From Trichosphaerium sp. ATCC 40318 (taxonomy: Eukaryota; Protista; Tubulinea), in assembly GCA_038496445.1 (NCBI GenBank), contig JALMLS010000358.1, positions 1 to 62,096 on the forward strand: 62,096 nucleotides of DNA. Direction: 5' to 3'. Each line of letters opens with the position of its first letter. Position 1 is the first letter of the stretch. The translations under genes and the position numbers were made by a program. Shown in pieces: positions 1 to 12,945 of the stretch. The notes below the pieces were generated by a model, which was not told the origin of the DNA, made no database searches, and saw only the letters and a program-made list of their open reading frames with translations.

Positions 1-62
1 AAAAAGGTGGTTTTATTGTGCTGTTGACGACAATAACCACGTGTTCATTTTGATACATGTTT

Positions 63-356
63 TTACAATTCGAAATACGGATCTGATTCCCATTCGTCTG
101 AGTTTTCACAGTCTGAACTTTCATAGTCTGAAGCATAGTTGTTTCTTTTTCTGTTAGATCTATATGTGTGTGGGGAAATAAGTGTATGGGAAATAAATGT
201 GTTAGAATAAGAGGTTTTGAGCATTGTTGTGGGTAAAGGTGGAGGTTCAGACAGGTTAGGTACATGCCACATACAGGTTTTGTATATGCCAAAATCTTGA
301 TTACAGCAAATAACATAATCAGAAACACAGCTGTAGTATCTGATCCAATGAAACAA
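63..356 (-). other. Possible small ORF or 3' part of a gene in an AT-rich segment; product unknown
   Basis: 97-aa ORF with an acidic C-terminus (DYESSDCENSDEWESDPYFEL); no recognisable family motif. Confidence 0.25.
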
Positions 357-522
357 AACATATTTGGAAAATCATTATGAACATACCATTCCAAATCAAT
401 GGTTAAATAAAATACAATTTCTCAATAGTATGGTTTATTATGATGTACATACATAGTAGAAACTGTTGATACAATTCTTTTTGTAAAAAATTTTACTTAT
501 TTGGTTTAACACATACATAACA

Positions 523-581
523 TGTACATGTGAAAAGTACATGGCACATATGTGTTTTGTACATGTGAAAAGTACATGGCA
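523..581. repeat. Two identical 24-bp direct repeats (TGTACATGTGAAAAGTACATGGCA) rich in short palindromes
   Basis: Copies at 523-546 and 558-581, read directly. Confidence 0.85.
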
Positions 582-819
582 TGTATTGTACATGTCAACA
601 TCCTGATTTCACTTTGAAGTACATTCAGCATATTTTAGAACACATGTTGCATAACCAAGACAAAAACAGAGAAAAAAAAAACAAAAAGAATTGACAGACC
701 AAAATCTTAGCAATAATGAAGTTTTATAAATATTGTAAAGATAACAGCGTCAAAGGTTCATTGAAAATACAGTCAAACATTTTCTTGCCACAAAGTACAG
801 AAAGTTTGAAGCAAACGCC

Positions 820-3079
820 ATGAACTATCCGCCCTCAGGTTATGGACCCCCTATGGGAATGGCACCCCCTCCCAACTATGGACCACCTCCAGGCCATGCA
901 CCACCGGGTTACGGACCGCCAACAGGTTACGGACCACCCAGCATGGGCGCACCACCAATGGGCAATCCTAACGGCTCGTTTATAGGTACACGAATCGTAT
1001 TTGCTTTTTCTTTTCTCACCGAGGCGTATAGGCATGCCACAAATAGAGGTACCACCTATGCTCGCTGACAAGGTAACAACAGTGTGGGTTGGCCAACTAT
1101 GCTCGTATTTGAGCGACGATTTTGTTAAAAAATTGCTTGAGGTACTATCGTATAGTAGGCGTGAGTATTTAAGGTAGTTAGGTAGCGTCAGTAAATTCAG
1201 TTACAGAATGGAAGCGTATGCGTGACACTTCTGGAAAACTAAAATCATTTGGCTTTTGTGGCTTTAGAAACGCTGATGCCGCGATGCGCGCTATGCGCCT
1301 GTTAAAAGACAGGGAGGTTGGCGACAAGAAGATATTAGTGCGTCTTTTTTTTTTAATTTCTTTACAATAGTAATAGTCTATATGTTCGCCCTAATATGTT
1401 TGCAAGATGAAAGTAGATGATGCCACAACCAACTACCTTCGAGATTTTGAAAAAAATAAGCGCGACTACGAGATACACCGTGGCATAAGAAAAGCAGAGG
1501 ACCCTGATAGCCTCATATACCAGCCAGTAGATGACACCTGCAAAGAGAAATTAGATAAAATGATAGAGCCTATACAACTCGTCTTTAAAGGAGAGAAACC
1601 AACGGACATTGACGTATGATATTTTTAATTAGTTTGAACACCAAATTTTTTTCTGACGAAGGAATTTAAGGAAACAGAGCCTTTGGGCAGGATAACAAAG
1701 CGAGAGATAAATTTCTTACGCGGTAAATTGCACACAGAGCAAACCAGATCGCAAAAGCGTGTTGAGGAGTCATCACGCCAACAAGAGCGATGGAAAAAGC
1801 GACGCGAGTACGAAGATACTCAGGAACAAAGAAGAAAAGCACGCGATCAACATTTAATATTAGACTCGACCCCCCTTTTTAACCATCAAGCCATCATCTG
1901 TCTAACATTCCCACGTAATTAGGAGCGTGATGAGCGAGAATATAAGCATCGTGAGCGAGAATGGGAACAGCACGAGAAGGACCGCGTTAAACTGCGAACT
2001 AGAATGGATACATACGTTCAAGATATAGTGGAACGCCGCAAACGAGATATTGAACTGGAGGAGGCAGAAGACAAAGAACACAAACGGTGCGATACCTAAA
2101 AAACGACGAGAGCTAGATTACTGAGTCTGTGCATAGCGATTTGAAGTCCCGAAGACGAAGAGAAGACAGGCAACGAGAGCGTGAAGATGATGAACGTGAA
2201 GCCAGATATGAACAGAGAGAAGAGAGGGTATGGATGGGCTCTTGCTTTTGTGTAATTTACTTTAATGTCTCACTGCAAAACAACTAGGAACGACAGGAGA
2301 GAGAGAAAGCAAAGACAGAGGCACTCAACAGCAGAAAGCGAGGCAGGGATGATCGCAGTGGTACCAACAATCCATACCTGTTCGTACAACTAACGCCACA
2401 TATCAGATGACGCCCACAAGATGGTGCCACGCAATCTAAAAATGCGAGATGTACGTCATTGACAGTTAACGTTAAATCTAAGTGTCACCCCTATAGGATG
2501 ATGATCCAGCTCGAAAACGTGCAAGACTAGAAGCTGGCAGTGTTTCAATATCCCTGAACAATGTGCCAAAAATGAAGCCTGCTCCAAAGGTGGTAAAACC
2601 AGTAGCCAAAGGCTTCTCCCTCGAAGAAAATGAAAGTGAAGCATGGCAACCCAAAAAGGAGCTTAGTGCTCCAAAGTTTGTATCAGAAGTGCGCAGCGTG
2701 ATTGAGCGCATTCCAACAGAAACACATGAATTGTTCGCATACGAAATGCAGTGGGATGTCATTGATCAGGTACCTACACAAAACCCCTTAACTGCTTTTA
2801 TCAACTGGACACGTGCTTACCATGTACAAATAGAACAAAGTGGTTGACATAAAAATGAAACCGTGGGTTAAAAAGCAAATTGTTGAGTATTTGGGAGAGG
2901 AAGAACGGACACTAACAGACTATATTTGTAAAAAAATATCCGATCACAACACGCCAGAGCAAATGAAAGAACAACTGGCAGTGGTTCTCGAGGAAGAAGC
3001 TGAAGTGTTTACTGTGCGCATGTGGCGCAAACTTATTTTCGAAATGCTGACCGCAGCCGACGAGAGAGCAGCTCAGTAG
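820..3079 (+). CDS. RBM25: RBM25-like splicing factor (Pro/Gly-rich N-terminus, RRM, R/E-rich region, PWI domain); multi-exon
   Basis: Spliced RRM TTVWVGQL...EWKRMRDTSGKLKSFGFCGF; RE-rich exons; PWI domain IERIPTETHELFAYEMQW...KPWVKKQIVEYLGEEERTL...VRMWRKLIFE. Confidence 0.9.
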
Positions 3080-3433
3080 TTGGGTGGGCGTTACATCGAA
3101 ATGATTTAAAATAACCTTCCAAAAAAAAAGAAAACTAGACAATAACAAGTCGAAGAAAAAAAAGCCGTTTAGTACAAACACTTGAGTAAACCACGTGTTA
3201 AAACACCCTTCACGTGTTCAGCTACGAAAAAACACGCGCTTGTTTGCTGAACCGTGTTCACGTTTTTGGCAAGCGCTATTCGGCCCTGTACAATAAAAGG
3301 CTATGTGAGTACTTATTTTTGCCACGTTGCACGAAAAATCGCGTAAATTGTTGTAAGGAAAAACTACCACTTTTGACGTAATCAATTATTGCCTCAGCAA
3401 CCCAACATGCACAACCGAACGTAACCAGCCCTA

Positions 3434-4864
3434 ATGTTGTCATACAAAGACCAGAACGGTTATGCGAATGGCAAAAACAAAACAACGCGTTGCACAGCGT
3501 TTTATAGGACCAGCTTCGTTGTGTTTGCGTGGTATCTATTCTCTGTGATATCCAACAATCTCTCGAAAAAGATAATGCAGCAAAACCCTTTCCCTATGAC
3601 TGTACGCGCTACAGAAATAATTACCACACAATTATACAGCCTTTTACAGCACTTTGCGTTTATATTCAAAAAGTACAGCGCTATTTACGCATTTACGCAC
3701 TCCCTAAGCGTGTACTTGGCAATGTAAAATTGCTGACGTATTGCAATTTTTAACTAAATAAACCTTTAGCTCATGCTTTCTCAATTCTTCTTTACTGTGC
3801 TGCTGCTCAGTCTCCTCACGCAATACAAACGTAACTACAAGCGCGTAGCCTTCACTTGGACAATTTTTAAACTGGTGGTACCGCTCTCGATTGGGCACAT
3901 TTCAGCACATTTCTTGGGCAAACTGTCATACCACTACCTGTCCGTATCATTTGTACATACTATAAAGGCACGTAAATTGCACTAGTAGGGTGCCCCTTTT
4001 TTTTTTTTTTTTGGTTATTGTTTGGGGATGTGGAGACCAACATTTCTTTTTTTTTGACACGCAAAAGTTATCACCTCACTTACAAAAGCACGTAGGCTAC
4101 TTCTCCTATTTTTACGATTGGCGTGAGCTACTTTGCATTGTCGCAAACGTTTCCATTATCTGTTATTGTATCGCTCCTGCCTATCATCATAGGTGTACGT
4201 ACTCTAGTTATTCGTCTTGCACTGCCCATGCCCACGCTTTGATTTACCTTTACCTATTTAATAGTCACCTACAATCAAGTGCTGACGCCAATCCTAGGTT
4301 AGTTTAGCGAGTTTAAGCGAATACTCGGTTCAATGGCCAGGATTTTTGAGCGCACTGGTCTCAACCATCATATTCAGCGGACAGAACATCTATTCCAAAA
4401 TCCTCTTCAAAAAAGGCGTGATAGACAGCACAAACCTATTATTGTACACGTCAGGGCTGGGCTTTATTATTGTCTTTCCCATTTGGTTTTTTACAGAATT
4501 CACTTCACTTGCAGAACGCATTACAGATGGTAATTTGGACCCTGGGATGTTTGTCTGTGTGGTTTCACTCAACAGTTTCTCGCTTTTCATGCAAAGTTTC
4601 ATGGCATTCTCATTTTTAACGCTGGTGACACCTCTCACATACTCGGTGGCCAACACACTCAAGCGCATATTCGTGATAGTGTCATCTATCTTGTACTTTG
4701 GGAACACACCTACGGCAACAAACGCAATTGGCATGACGCTGGCGCTCCTTGGTGTATTTATTTACAACAGAGCCAAACAGATACGCGCTATTAAAAATGT
4801 CACACTGCCCACGCACCTTCCAAAACCCAATGTTGGTCGGCGAACAACGGTTGTAAAAGTGTAA
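3434..4864 (+). CDS. Triose-phosphate/nucleotide-sugar transporter family (SLC35E1-like); 4 exons
   Basis: AWYLFSVISNNLSKKI, VSFVHTIK|ATSPIFT, QNIYSKILF, VTPLTYSVANTLKRIFVIVSSILYFGN motifs. Confidence 0.88.
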
Positions 4865-5013
4865 AAAAATATCGCCAAAAAATCAGAAAAAAAAAAAAGG
4901 TAAAGCGCTTTGTGTACTTAAATATGCAAATGTTAAGCCTGGGTGTATTTATAAGTCCATACAATAAAAATTTAAAATATTTTGTCAAATACCTCCGCGG
5001 AACATCAGCACAG

Positions 5014-6396
5014 ATGGGGAAAAAGAATATTTGCGATTTTGACTGGTGGAATAGAACGTACTTAATGGTACAAACCGTTGTGTGACCACATTTTATCATG
5101 TGTTTTATTTAGTGCCAAACAAAAAAACATGGCTCTTACAACTACTTACGCGCGTAGGATTATGCAGTTATACTGATAATGGCCTTTTTTGTTGGCGTTT
5201 GGTTTTTTATCTCGTTTACAGTCAAAATAGATCCATACGTTGTACGTAGGGCACGTAACAAGGCCCTGTCGCTAATTCCGCTGTATAGTACTTCAACGAG
5301 AACGAAATCCATCTGTTTACACGACCGGTGATTAAAGCACAGGTGCCCGGAACATCTTTGTACCCAATCATAGTCGTACCTCCGTTTGCCGTCGTTTCAG
5401 TTGTGCAAATGTGGATGATGCCGCGCTTCGGATTACATGATCTGCACCATTACACGCTAGGCTATGTACACAACCCAAATTGCACAATTCTCCTAACACG
5501 CAGTCGCAGGTCGGTACATTAGTAAGTATGTTTTGGGGACTTCAGCTAACGCGGTCGTCACGCGGAAAGTTTCGGCCAACGTTTTTCTCAATGTGTGAAG
5601 TACGGTTCTTCTTTAATTCCGAAAAACAGATACTTACTATTTTCCTGAATTAGATAAACCCGGCATTTAACTCTTCATTTCGCCTAACGTCGGATCCCTT
5701 CAATATGGACAGTTCAAAACGTCCACCAGAACTAGAAGGACTGCCATTTTGCTTGAACGAAGATGACATAGAGGATGAACGTTGGTCGTTCGTCTCTGGT
5801 CACGGTGGCATCCTGTGGGGCATTAGTCTATACACCATATTCTACGTCATGGGCAAGAATCCTTGGTTCATCCCAGGAAGAGCATCGCCAACGCTATCAT
5901 ATGCCTTGGCATTGGTATTCATCTCGTTGTCACACTGGGTCGGGCTCACACGTCTAGTAGACTTTAGGTACTTTTACTACCCCACTCTAGATAGCCTATC
6001 TAGCTGCCGTGCTAACTCACTTATTTATCGCAGGCACCACGATGCAGATGTAGCATGGGGACCAATACTGTGTATTTTCACAGGTATTCTGTGGTACTTT
6101 TTCTATTTTCCTGCACCTTGGAGCATTGTACGTACAAATAACATCCTCTTTTACTTTTTTTAAGATAATGTCCTAGGGTTCTGGCATACCTAAAGACAGG
6201 GAGGGTGGAGAAAACCTACCCCTATGGCGCATTATATTGAGTACGTTATCGCAAGCACTTTGAATCAAAAAGTCATTCCCACACGTGACACCATTTTAAT
6301 TTATTCTTCGTAGTGTTACCAGCAAAGGACGAAAATCCTGCTTTCATGGAAGAACCACCAACTCCTACTAAACCAGCAGCTGACGCTGGTTTGTAA
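5014..6396 (+). CDS. PAP2-family lipid phosphate phosphatase; multi-exon
   Basis: Three PAP2 motifs after splicing: GKFRP, SFVSGH, TRLVDFRHHDADV; multiple TM segments. Confidence 0.85.
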
Positions 6397-6634
6397 AAAA
6401 AAACCACACAAAAAATGGAAATAAATTCAAGAATTCTCCGGTTTTGTTTTTTGAGCCCATCTGTACCCTAGAAGTCCGCAAGCTTTTGTAAAAAACGTTG
6501 AGCGTTGGGTGACAAAAATACTTAGGTTTGGGTGTTTATGAGAACGAAATTTTGTATGACATTTCAACGAGGCGATCAAAAAGTCAACTAAAGACTCAGT
6601 ACACTTCCAAACACCTTAATACAGCCACACTACC

Positions 6635-9600
6635 ATGCAGGTGGCGCCAAAGATTGGTTTGGGCAATGCTCGCTTCTTCGACTCCACAATGCGGCCAGAA
6701 GAGCTACGCAAATTGCTTGACAGCAGTAACGACAAAGACAAGATGGAAGGCATGAAACATCTGATTGGGGTACCTACAATCCATATTTCATAGTGCGTTA
6801 CGCCTACGTAGATGATTTCAAGAGGAACAGACGCATCAGCGCTTTTCCCTTCTGTCGCAAAGCTTGTGGCCTGCCAGAACCCTGAAGTTAAAAAGCTCGT
6901 GTATATTTATTTGGTGCATTACTCAGAGGTCGAACCTGACACGGCGTTGTTGGGCATAAACACCATAAAGAAAGATCTCGACCACACCAACCAATTAGTA
7001 CGAGCGCACGCTCTAAGGGCTATTTCAAGCATAAGGGTGCGATTGATAGTACAATTGGTAGTGTTAGCAGTGAAAAGAGCAACTTCAGACTCCTCACCTT
7101 ATGTGCGTAAAACAGCCGCACACGCCATCACAAAAATACACAGGTACCGTAGAAGTCGCTTCTTTTTTTTTTGGTTGTCAAAGTGGTTTTTTTGTTTGTT
7201 TTTTCAAATCTCCAGTCTATCCTTGTTGTACCACGTGTAACTACGAAATTCAACTCGAAAAAAAAAATACATGCGCTTACAATAACGGTAGCTTGGATCC
7301 TGGTCAGAAAGACGAGCTGGTGGATTTGATCGAACAGTTGTTGAATGACAACACCACCATGGTCTTGGGCAGTACTATAGCCTCCTTTAATGAACTCTGT
7401 CCGGACAATTGGGAGCTCATACATCCTCATTGGCGGTACGTGTGTTTTGTCAATGGCAAAGCTAGAAGTAAAAGAAAAAAAAATATGAAGTGATAATCGC
7501 CTTGTACTCATTGTATTTGCCTCTAGAAAATTGTGTCACGTGACACCTGATGTAGATGAATGGGGCCAAGTACAAATACTACAAATGATGACACGCTATG
7601 CACGTACATTCTTTGTGGATCCAAACAAGAAGGCAGAGAAAAAGACTAGGAAGCGGGATGACGCCAATCTCGAAGGCGAAGACGAATTTTACAGTGGCTC
7701 TGAGGCATCAGACGAGGATCCATACTTGGACGCACAACCCCTTGACCCAGATCACGCTCTGATGCTAAGATCGGTTCTACCTCTGTTACAAAGGTAAGAA
7801 ATCAACGTTTTTTGTGTTTTTTTCTTTTTCTGACTCTGCAATCCTATAGTTCCAACTCAGCGGTAGTCATGGGCGTCGCCAAGTTGTACCACTACACCGC
7901 ACCAGATATGCAAGCGCAAAAAGTGGGTAAAGCGCTGGTCCGTATAATGAGGAATAAGCGCGAAATCAAATATGTTGTCCTTACATCCATTGCCGCAATG
8001 GTCGCTGGTAACCCTTCCATCTTCCAGCCATACCTCGCAGAGTTCTTTGTGGGCCACCATGATCCTATATTTGTGCGCAATCTCAAACTAGAAATCATTA
8101 CTGCACTCGCCAACGAGAACAACATTAGCCGTATCCTCCAAGAATTCAAGGTAAATATTCACGCTTCTTCTTCACGTTACATGTGGCCACACCCGTTTTT
8201 TTCGTTAATTCTTTGACGTTTAATTCAACTCAAATTTGGCCTGTTCTTATTTATTATCCACTTACGGTTTAACTGACGTGACTAGACATACGTTACGAAT
8301 GAGGATAAGACGTTTGTCACCGAAACCATACAAGCCATTGGACGGTGCGCTCAACGCATCAAAGAAGTGTCAGAGAGCTGCATGCACGGTTTGCTGTCAC
8401 TAATGTCGAATCGATCAGAAGCTGTTGTCGCTGAAGCTGTGGTTGTCATTAAACAATTGCTACAAATGCCAACCGACGATCCCAGCCAACATGATGATGT
8501 ACGCATGCGTAGCCCTTAGTTTACACCTGCTATCTGATCTATGTGGCTGACTGTTTTTGATTAGGTGGTATTGCACATGGTACGCTTACTGGACAAAGTC
8601 GAGCAACCAATGGCACGTGCCAGCATTGTATGGATAGTAGGCGAGAATGTCGAAAAGCTCAATCTAATTGCGCCTGATGTATTGCGTAAGCTTGCAAAAT
8701 CATTTACTGATGAGGTACCTTTTGTGCACAGTTTCGAATGAAACAAAAAGTGGCTTATAATCTGTTTTTATTGTAGGCTGATATCGTAAAACTTCAAGTT
8801 TTGAGTTTGGGTGCCAAGCTATTCGTCGTGAACCCATCACAAACGCAGCTCATCTTCGAATACGTATTAAAGTTGGCTCGTTTCGACCTCAATTATGACA
8901 TTCGAGACAGGTACCCTCCTCCCATCAGTTAATTAAACCAATTATCTCACTTTGTGGTAATCTTTTAGAGCACGTTTAATGCGAAAGATACTGTTCGGTA
9001 ATGCTGCTCCGACACTTCAAGCCAATGCCCGTAAATTGTTTATTACAAAGAAGCCAACGCCTAATGTAACTTCGGCCGCTGAAGGTACACTCAATTAGTC
9101 TTCCTGTAGAGGTAACCTGCTTAACACTTATAATCTGTAGATCGCCAGCGCTTTACGATAGCATCACTCTCGTACTTTGTGAACCACACAGTGGACGGTT
9201 ATCTGCCGCTACCCGATTTTCCAGAAGAGCAGCCTGATGTTGACCGTACTGAAAAGGTACGTTGCTGTGTCCTGTGTCAACACCCCTTTTTAATTGTGCA
9301 CGCGACGCAAATCTGACATTCTTTTTAAGACACCTCTTGGTCCTTCATTTGGCTCTGGAACCGCAACTGGATTCGGCAGCGACTCATTTGGCAATGGCAC
9401 CATGGGCGGCATGGGCAGCATGGGCGGCATGGGTAGCAACAGTATGGGCGGTATGGGTAGCAATAGCATGGGTGGCATGGGCAGTAATATGGGTACGTAC
9501 CCACACACCATTGTGTTGTAATGTATATGTGGTGCTCATCTTTGTTAGGTTACGTGCCACAGCCGGCCGCATCAAATGGCAAACCCCAAACTCTGGAAGA

Positions 9601-11148
9601 GTGGTATCGTGAAGGCGAAGAGGAACACCACGATGACTATAACGATGGCGAAGAGTACTACGATGACTACTACGATGGTGATGGCTACGGTGAAGAATAC
9701 GACGAAGGCGACTATGGAGAAGAGTATGATGATGGCGGTTACTACGATGAAGATGGCTATGGAGAAGAGGAGTACAACGACGGCGAAGGTTATGATGACT
9801 ATGACGAAGAATATGACGATGCTGATCAAAACGGATATTACGATGACTACGACGAATACGGAGATGATCAACAAGGACAGAACGCACAAGACGACTACGG
9901 CAAAGAGGATGACTACTACTCCGATACCGAGGTACCCACCGTGACATGACGCCTCTGTTTTTCGCTGACCTAGTGGCCACTGTAGGAGGACTGGAACGCT
10001 GGGAAAACAACAAACACAGCACCGCAAACAGCACCGGCCGCTAAGACTGAAGCGAGCAACGACTTGCTAGGTTTTGACATGTCCAGTCCAAATACCCTTG
10101 CTCCAGCTTTGAGTCCCGCAGCTGCAGGGACCACCATCAGCATAAAGCCTGTTGTGCGCGACCAGTTGAGGTTTGTATTGCTCAAGGTAACTTCTTCCCC
10201 TTCTTTCTTTTTAAATCTTTTTGGTGTCCTGTCTTTCTGACAGCTGTTACTAGGCCGTTGTTGGCGGAGGGTTGCAGATCGACTACGACTTTGATAGAAC
10301 AGATAGCTACCATGGAAAGGAATACAATCAAATCAAAATGTCATTCACTAACACAACAGACAAGCCAATAAGCGACATACGCCCTGGCAAGGTGGTACGT
10401 AGTATTTTTTGCAGATATTGCTATTTAATCAAAATTGCGTTTTTATCGTTTTACCAAAAACTGACACAAACTCGTTATTGTATAGACTGAAGGCACAGCT
10501 CTTTCTGTCAAATTGTTTGATACTATCAGTGTACTACAACCTAGCGTAACAGTTAACGCAACAATGGCTATTGATTTTAAACAAAAGCCTACTCAACACC
10601 TCAAGTTTGAAATTTTGTACGTTAGATTTTCCATTGGTTTTTCGTTGAAATAATGCTTACAAAATGAAACAGAACGTCTGAGGGCAACTTTTCTGGTACC
10701 ATTGTTGCTTTGCCTGGTGAACTCGTGCGCCCTACAACTATGACCCTTGACAAATACGAGGAGATCAAGAGTACGATACACACTCCTTGTTTTCATCTCG
10801 GTGACTCTCAGCTCACTTTTTTTGACTAGAATCGCTTGGCGGATTTTGTGAGACTTCAAAAAGTGTTACACTGCGCACTGACGTTGGTTCCATTCCAGAG
10901 GCGATCGTAGACGTTGTAGCAGTGGCGGCTGTAGACATAACAGAGACGAGCTACAAGTTCTCAGGAACCACGATAGGCAAAGGCGACCACGTGCTCTTGC
11001 AACTGTCAACTGGAGATGATGCACAACTTTCGGTACGTCTTGCCTCCTCGCTTGTACCTTGTTTACTAAATTTTTTTTTAAGGTGTTTTGTGAGGACGCA
11101 ATTTTTGGAACAAGCCTGCTCTCAAAAGTCAAGGCAGCCCTTAGTTAA
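6635..11148 (+). CDS. AP3B: AP-3 adaptor complex beta subunit; multi-exon
   Basis: [87 protein letters not shown]; acidic hinge and C-terminal ear. Confidence 0.93.
9401..9495 (+). repeat. Coding tandem repeat encoding (M)GGMGS(NS) units in the AP3B hinge
   Basis: ATGGGCGGCATGGGCAGC-type units read directly. Confidence 0.8.
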
Positions 11149-11395
11149 ATATTGTTGTTGGCTATCATAGTCTATTTAGTATCATCTTTATTATGCTTTT
11201 TTATTTTGTAAAAGTGGGTCAATTGCTCCCCTTTGCAATGTTGTAACATAAATAACGACCGACTTTACAAATGACATTTGCACCATTATTATCGCGTACA
11301 TTTAAATGAACAAAACCACCCAAAAAAAGTAATTTAAAAAACTACACCATTACATTTTAAGTAAAAAAAAATTAACCCCACAACCCTTTTTCTTG

Positions 11396-12859
11396 TTACA
11401 GCTCGCTGTGTGCATGGCCATGTCCGCGAGAGTGTCCATGTCCGTGAGAGTGGCTATGTGCAGGAGCACTACCACCATGTGCATGGCCGTGTCCTTCGTC
11501 TAGCCCACCATGCAGCAAGTAAATCGACACGCTAAAATCGCACGTGTGTCAGAATTAGTGAACAATACTGGAAACAACGCACCTGATAAATGCCATACCC
11601 AACAAGTTTGATATCATAGCAGGCTGCAAATATGATTAATAAGACGTAGGGGTTGTTAATAATAATGATGTACCTCTGGCTTCAAAAACTCGTTTGCTAC
11701 TGGAATGAGTTCCCTCAAGCTGACTACAACCATAATACCAGCGACTATTGTACCAATAAATACATTTTGGTATGAGTTGGGACAGTACCTGTTGCGAGTA
11801 GGGATTGTAATAGGTAATCGGAGATTTCACGCAAGAAAAAGGCAAACACAATGGCACCCAGAGGCTCGCACATACCCGACATTGTACTCCAAAACAAGGC
11901 TTGTACCTTGCTATAAATTGCATTAGGATTTAGGCTGTCATCGCAGTATTGTAGTCTCGTACCTTTGCGTCGCGTGGTAGATTGGCGATGCGACAGCCAT
12001 GCCTTCAGGGATATTGTGTGCTGCTATTGCGACGGATAAAGGCAATCCAATCGTAACACCTGCCACGTCGTCACATTAATTCTACATTTTGTCTAAAAGT
12101 CTGGCAGTCTGTCTTACCTTTGAGACTCGCCAGGTACACAGCGATGCCCTCAGGTATGTTGTGTATACTCAATCCAATCATCGTTACAATACCAACCCAC
12201 CAAATGCGTTGCTAGAGGGATAATTAGGCCCCTTTTGCTGGCTTTATTCTTTTTGCTCAACAAAACTTTAAGGCTGACGCACCATTTCACTCGTCATTTG
12301 GTTGTCACTACCTCCTTTACCCCGTACTTTTGTGGTTTTGCTTCTTGTTCAGTGTTAACAACGTGAATGAGAGTAAACAGGCGATGTACCCGCCGTCCTT
12401 AGAGTGCTCGTGCTCTCCTTCCGGAAAAAAATGAGCTGCAAACCCAAACAAGAATAGACCCACGAAAAACTGCACTGTGTTAGTTGTCAAAAAAAAATTA
12501 CAATCAAAAACACGTGTTCTTTACGCTGAGCGCCAGAAACGAATACTTTGTCACTCGTATTGGCGTCGAGTGAAAATTTTTGTACTTACCCACAAATTAG
12601 CGTGAACGAAGCCAATTTCCTGTACAGCTTCAGGTAGAAGATCCATAAATGAAATGTACAGCATAACACCCGCTGAAAAACTCATCAAGTGGCCCAAATA
12701 CTGTGGAGATGGTTTACCAAACAGCAATACCAACACACCACCTAAGTACAGCTGTTAAACGTATTTGCACGGAATAAAATGCGTACCAAAGCCAGTTGAT
12801 AGGCCGCTAATTGTCGCTACAAGTAAAGCCTCTGAGCTCCATCCAGTATGCCCAGACAT
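11396..12859 (-). CDS. ZIP-family (ZupT/GufA-like) metal transporter with His-rich C-terminal tail; multi-exon
   Basis: FSAGVMLYISFMDLLPEA, HNIPEG twice, SGMCEPLGA, AGIMVVVSLRELIP; ends ...GHGHSRGHGHAHSEL*. Confidence 0.9.
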
Positions 12860-12945
12860 GTTTGTAGCGCTATAGAAACGATTTACAAAAAATGACGTTG
12901 AACGTGTGGTCAAACCTACTCTACCCTCCTTGTAACGCCGCAACC
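12860..12945. promoter_or_regulatory. Very short (86 bp) divergent promoter region between ZIP and RpiB
   Basis: Head-to-head start codons at 12859 (-) and 12946 (+). Confidence 0.6.

Noticed and set aside
523-581. CRISPR-like repeat-spacer
   Set aside because: Only two copies with an 11-bp gap, eukaryotic context, no cas genes
5242-5288. Possible GC donor at 5251 in the PAP2 gene
   Set aside because: An in-frame canonical GTACGT donor at 5242 explains the junction equally well
9384-10034. Long antisense and alternate-frame ORFs (His/Arg-rich, Ile/Val-rich, Thr/Met-rich)
   Set aside because: Shadows of the low-complexity D/E/Y/G exon of AP3B
11790-11832. Apparent GC-AG intron in the ZIP gene
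   Set aside because: The segment is exon (FFLREISDYLLQSLLAT); the real intron is the adjacent canonical GT-AG one
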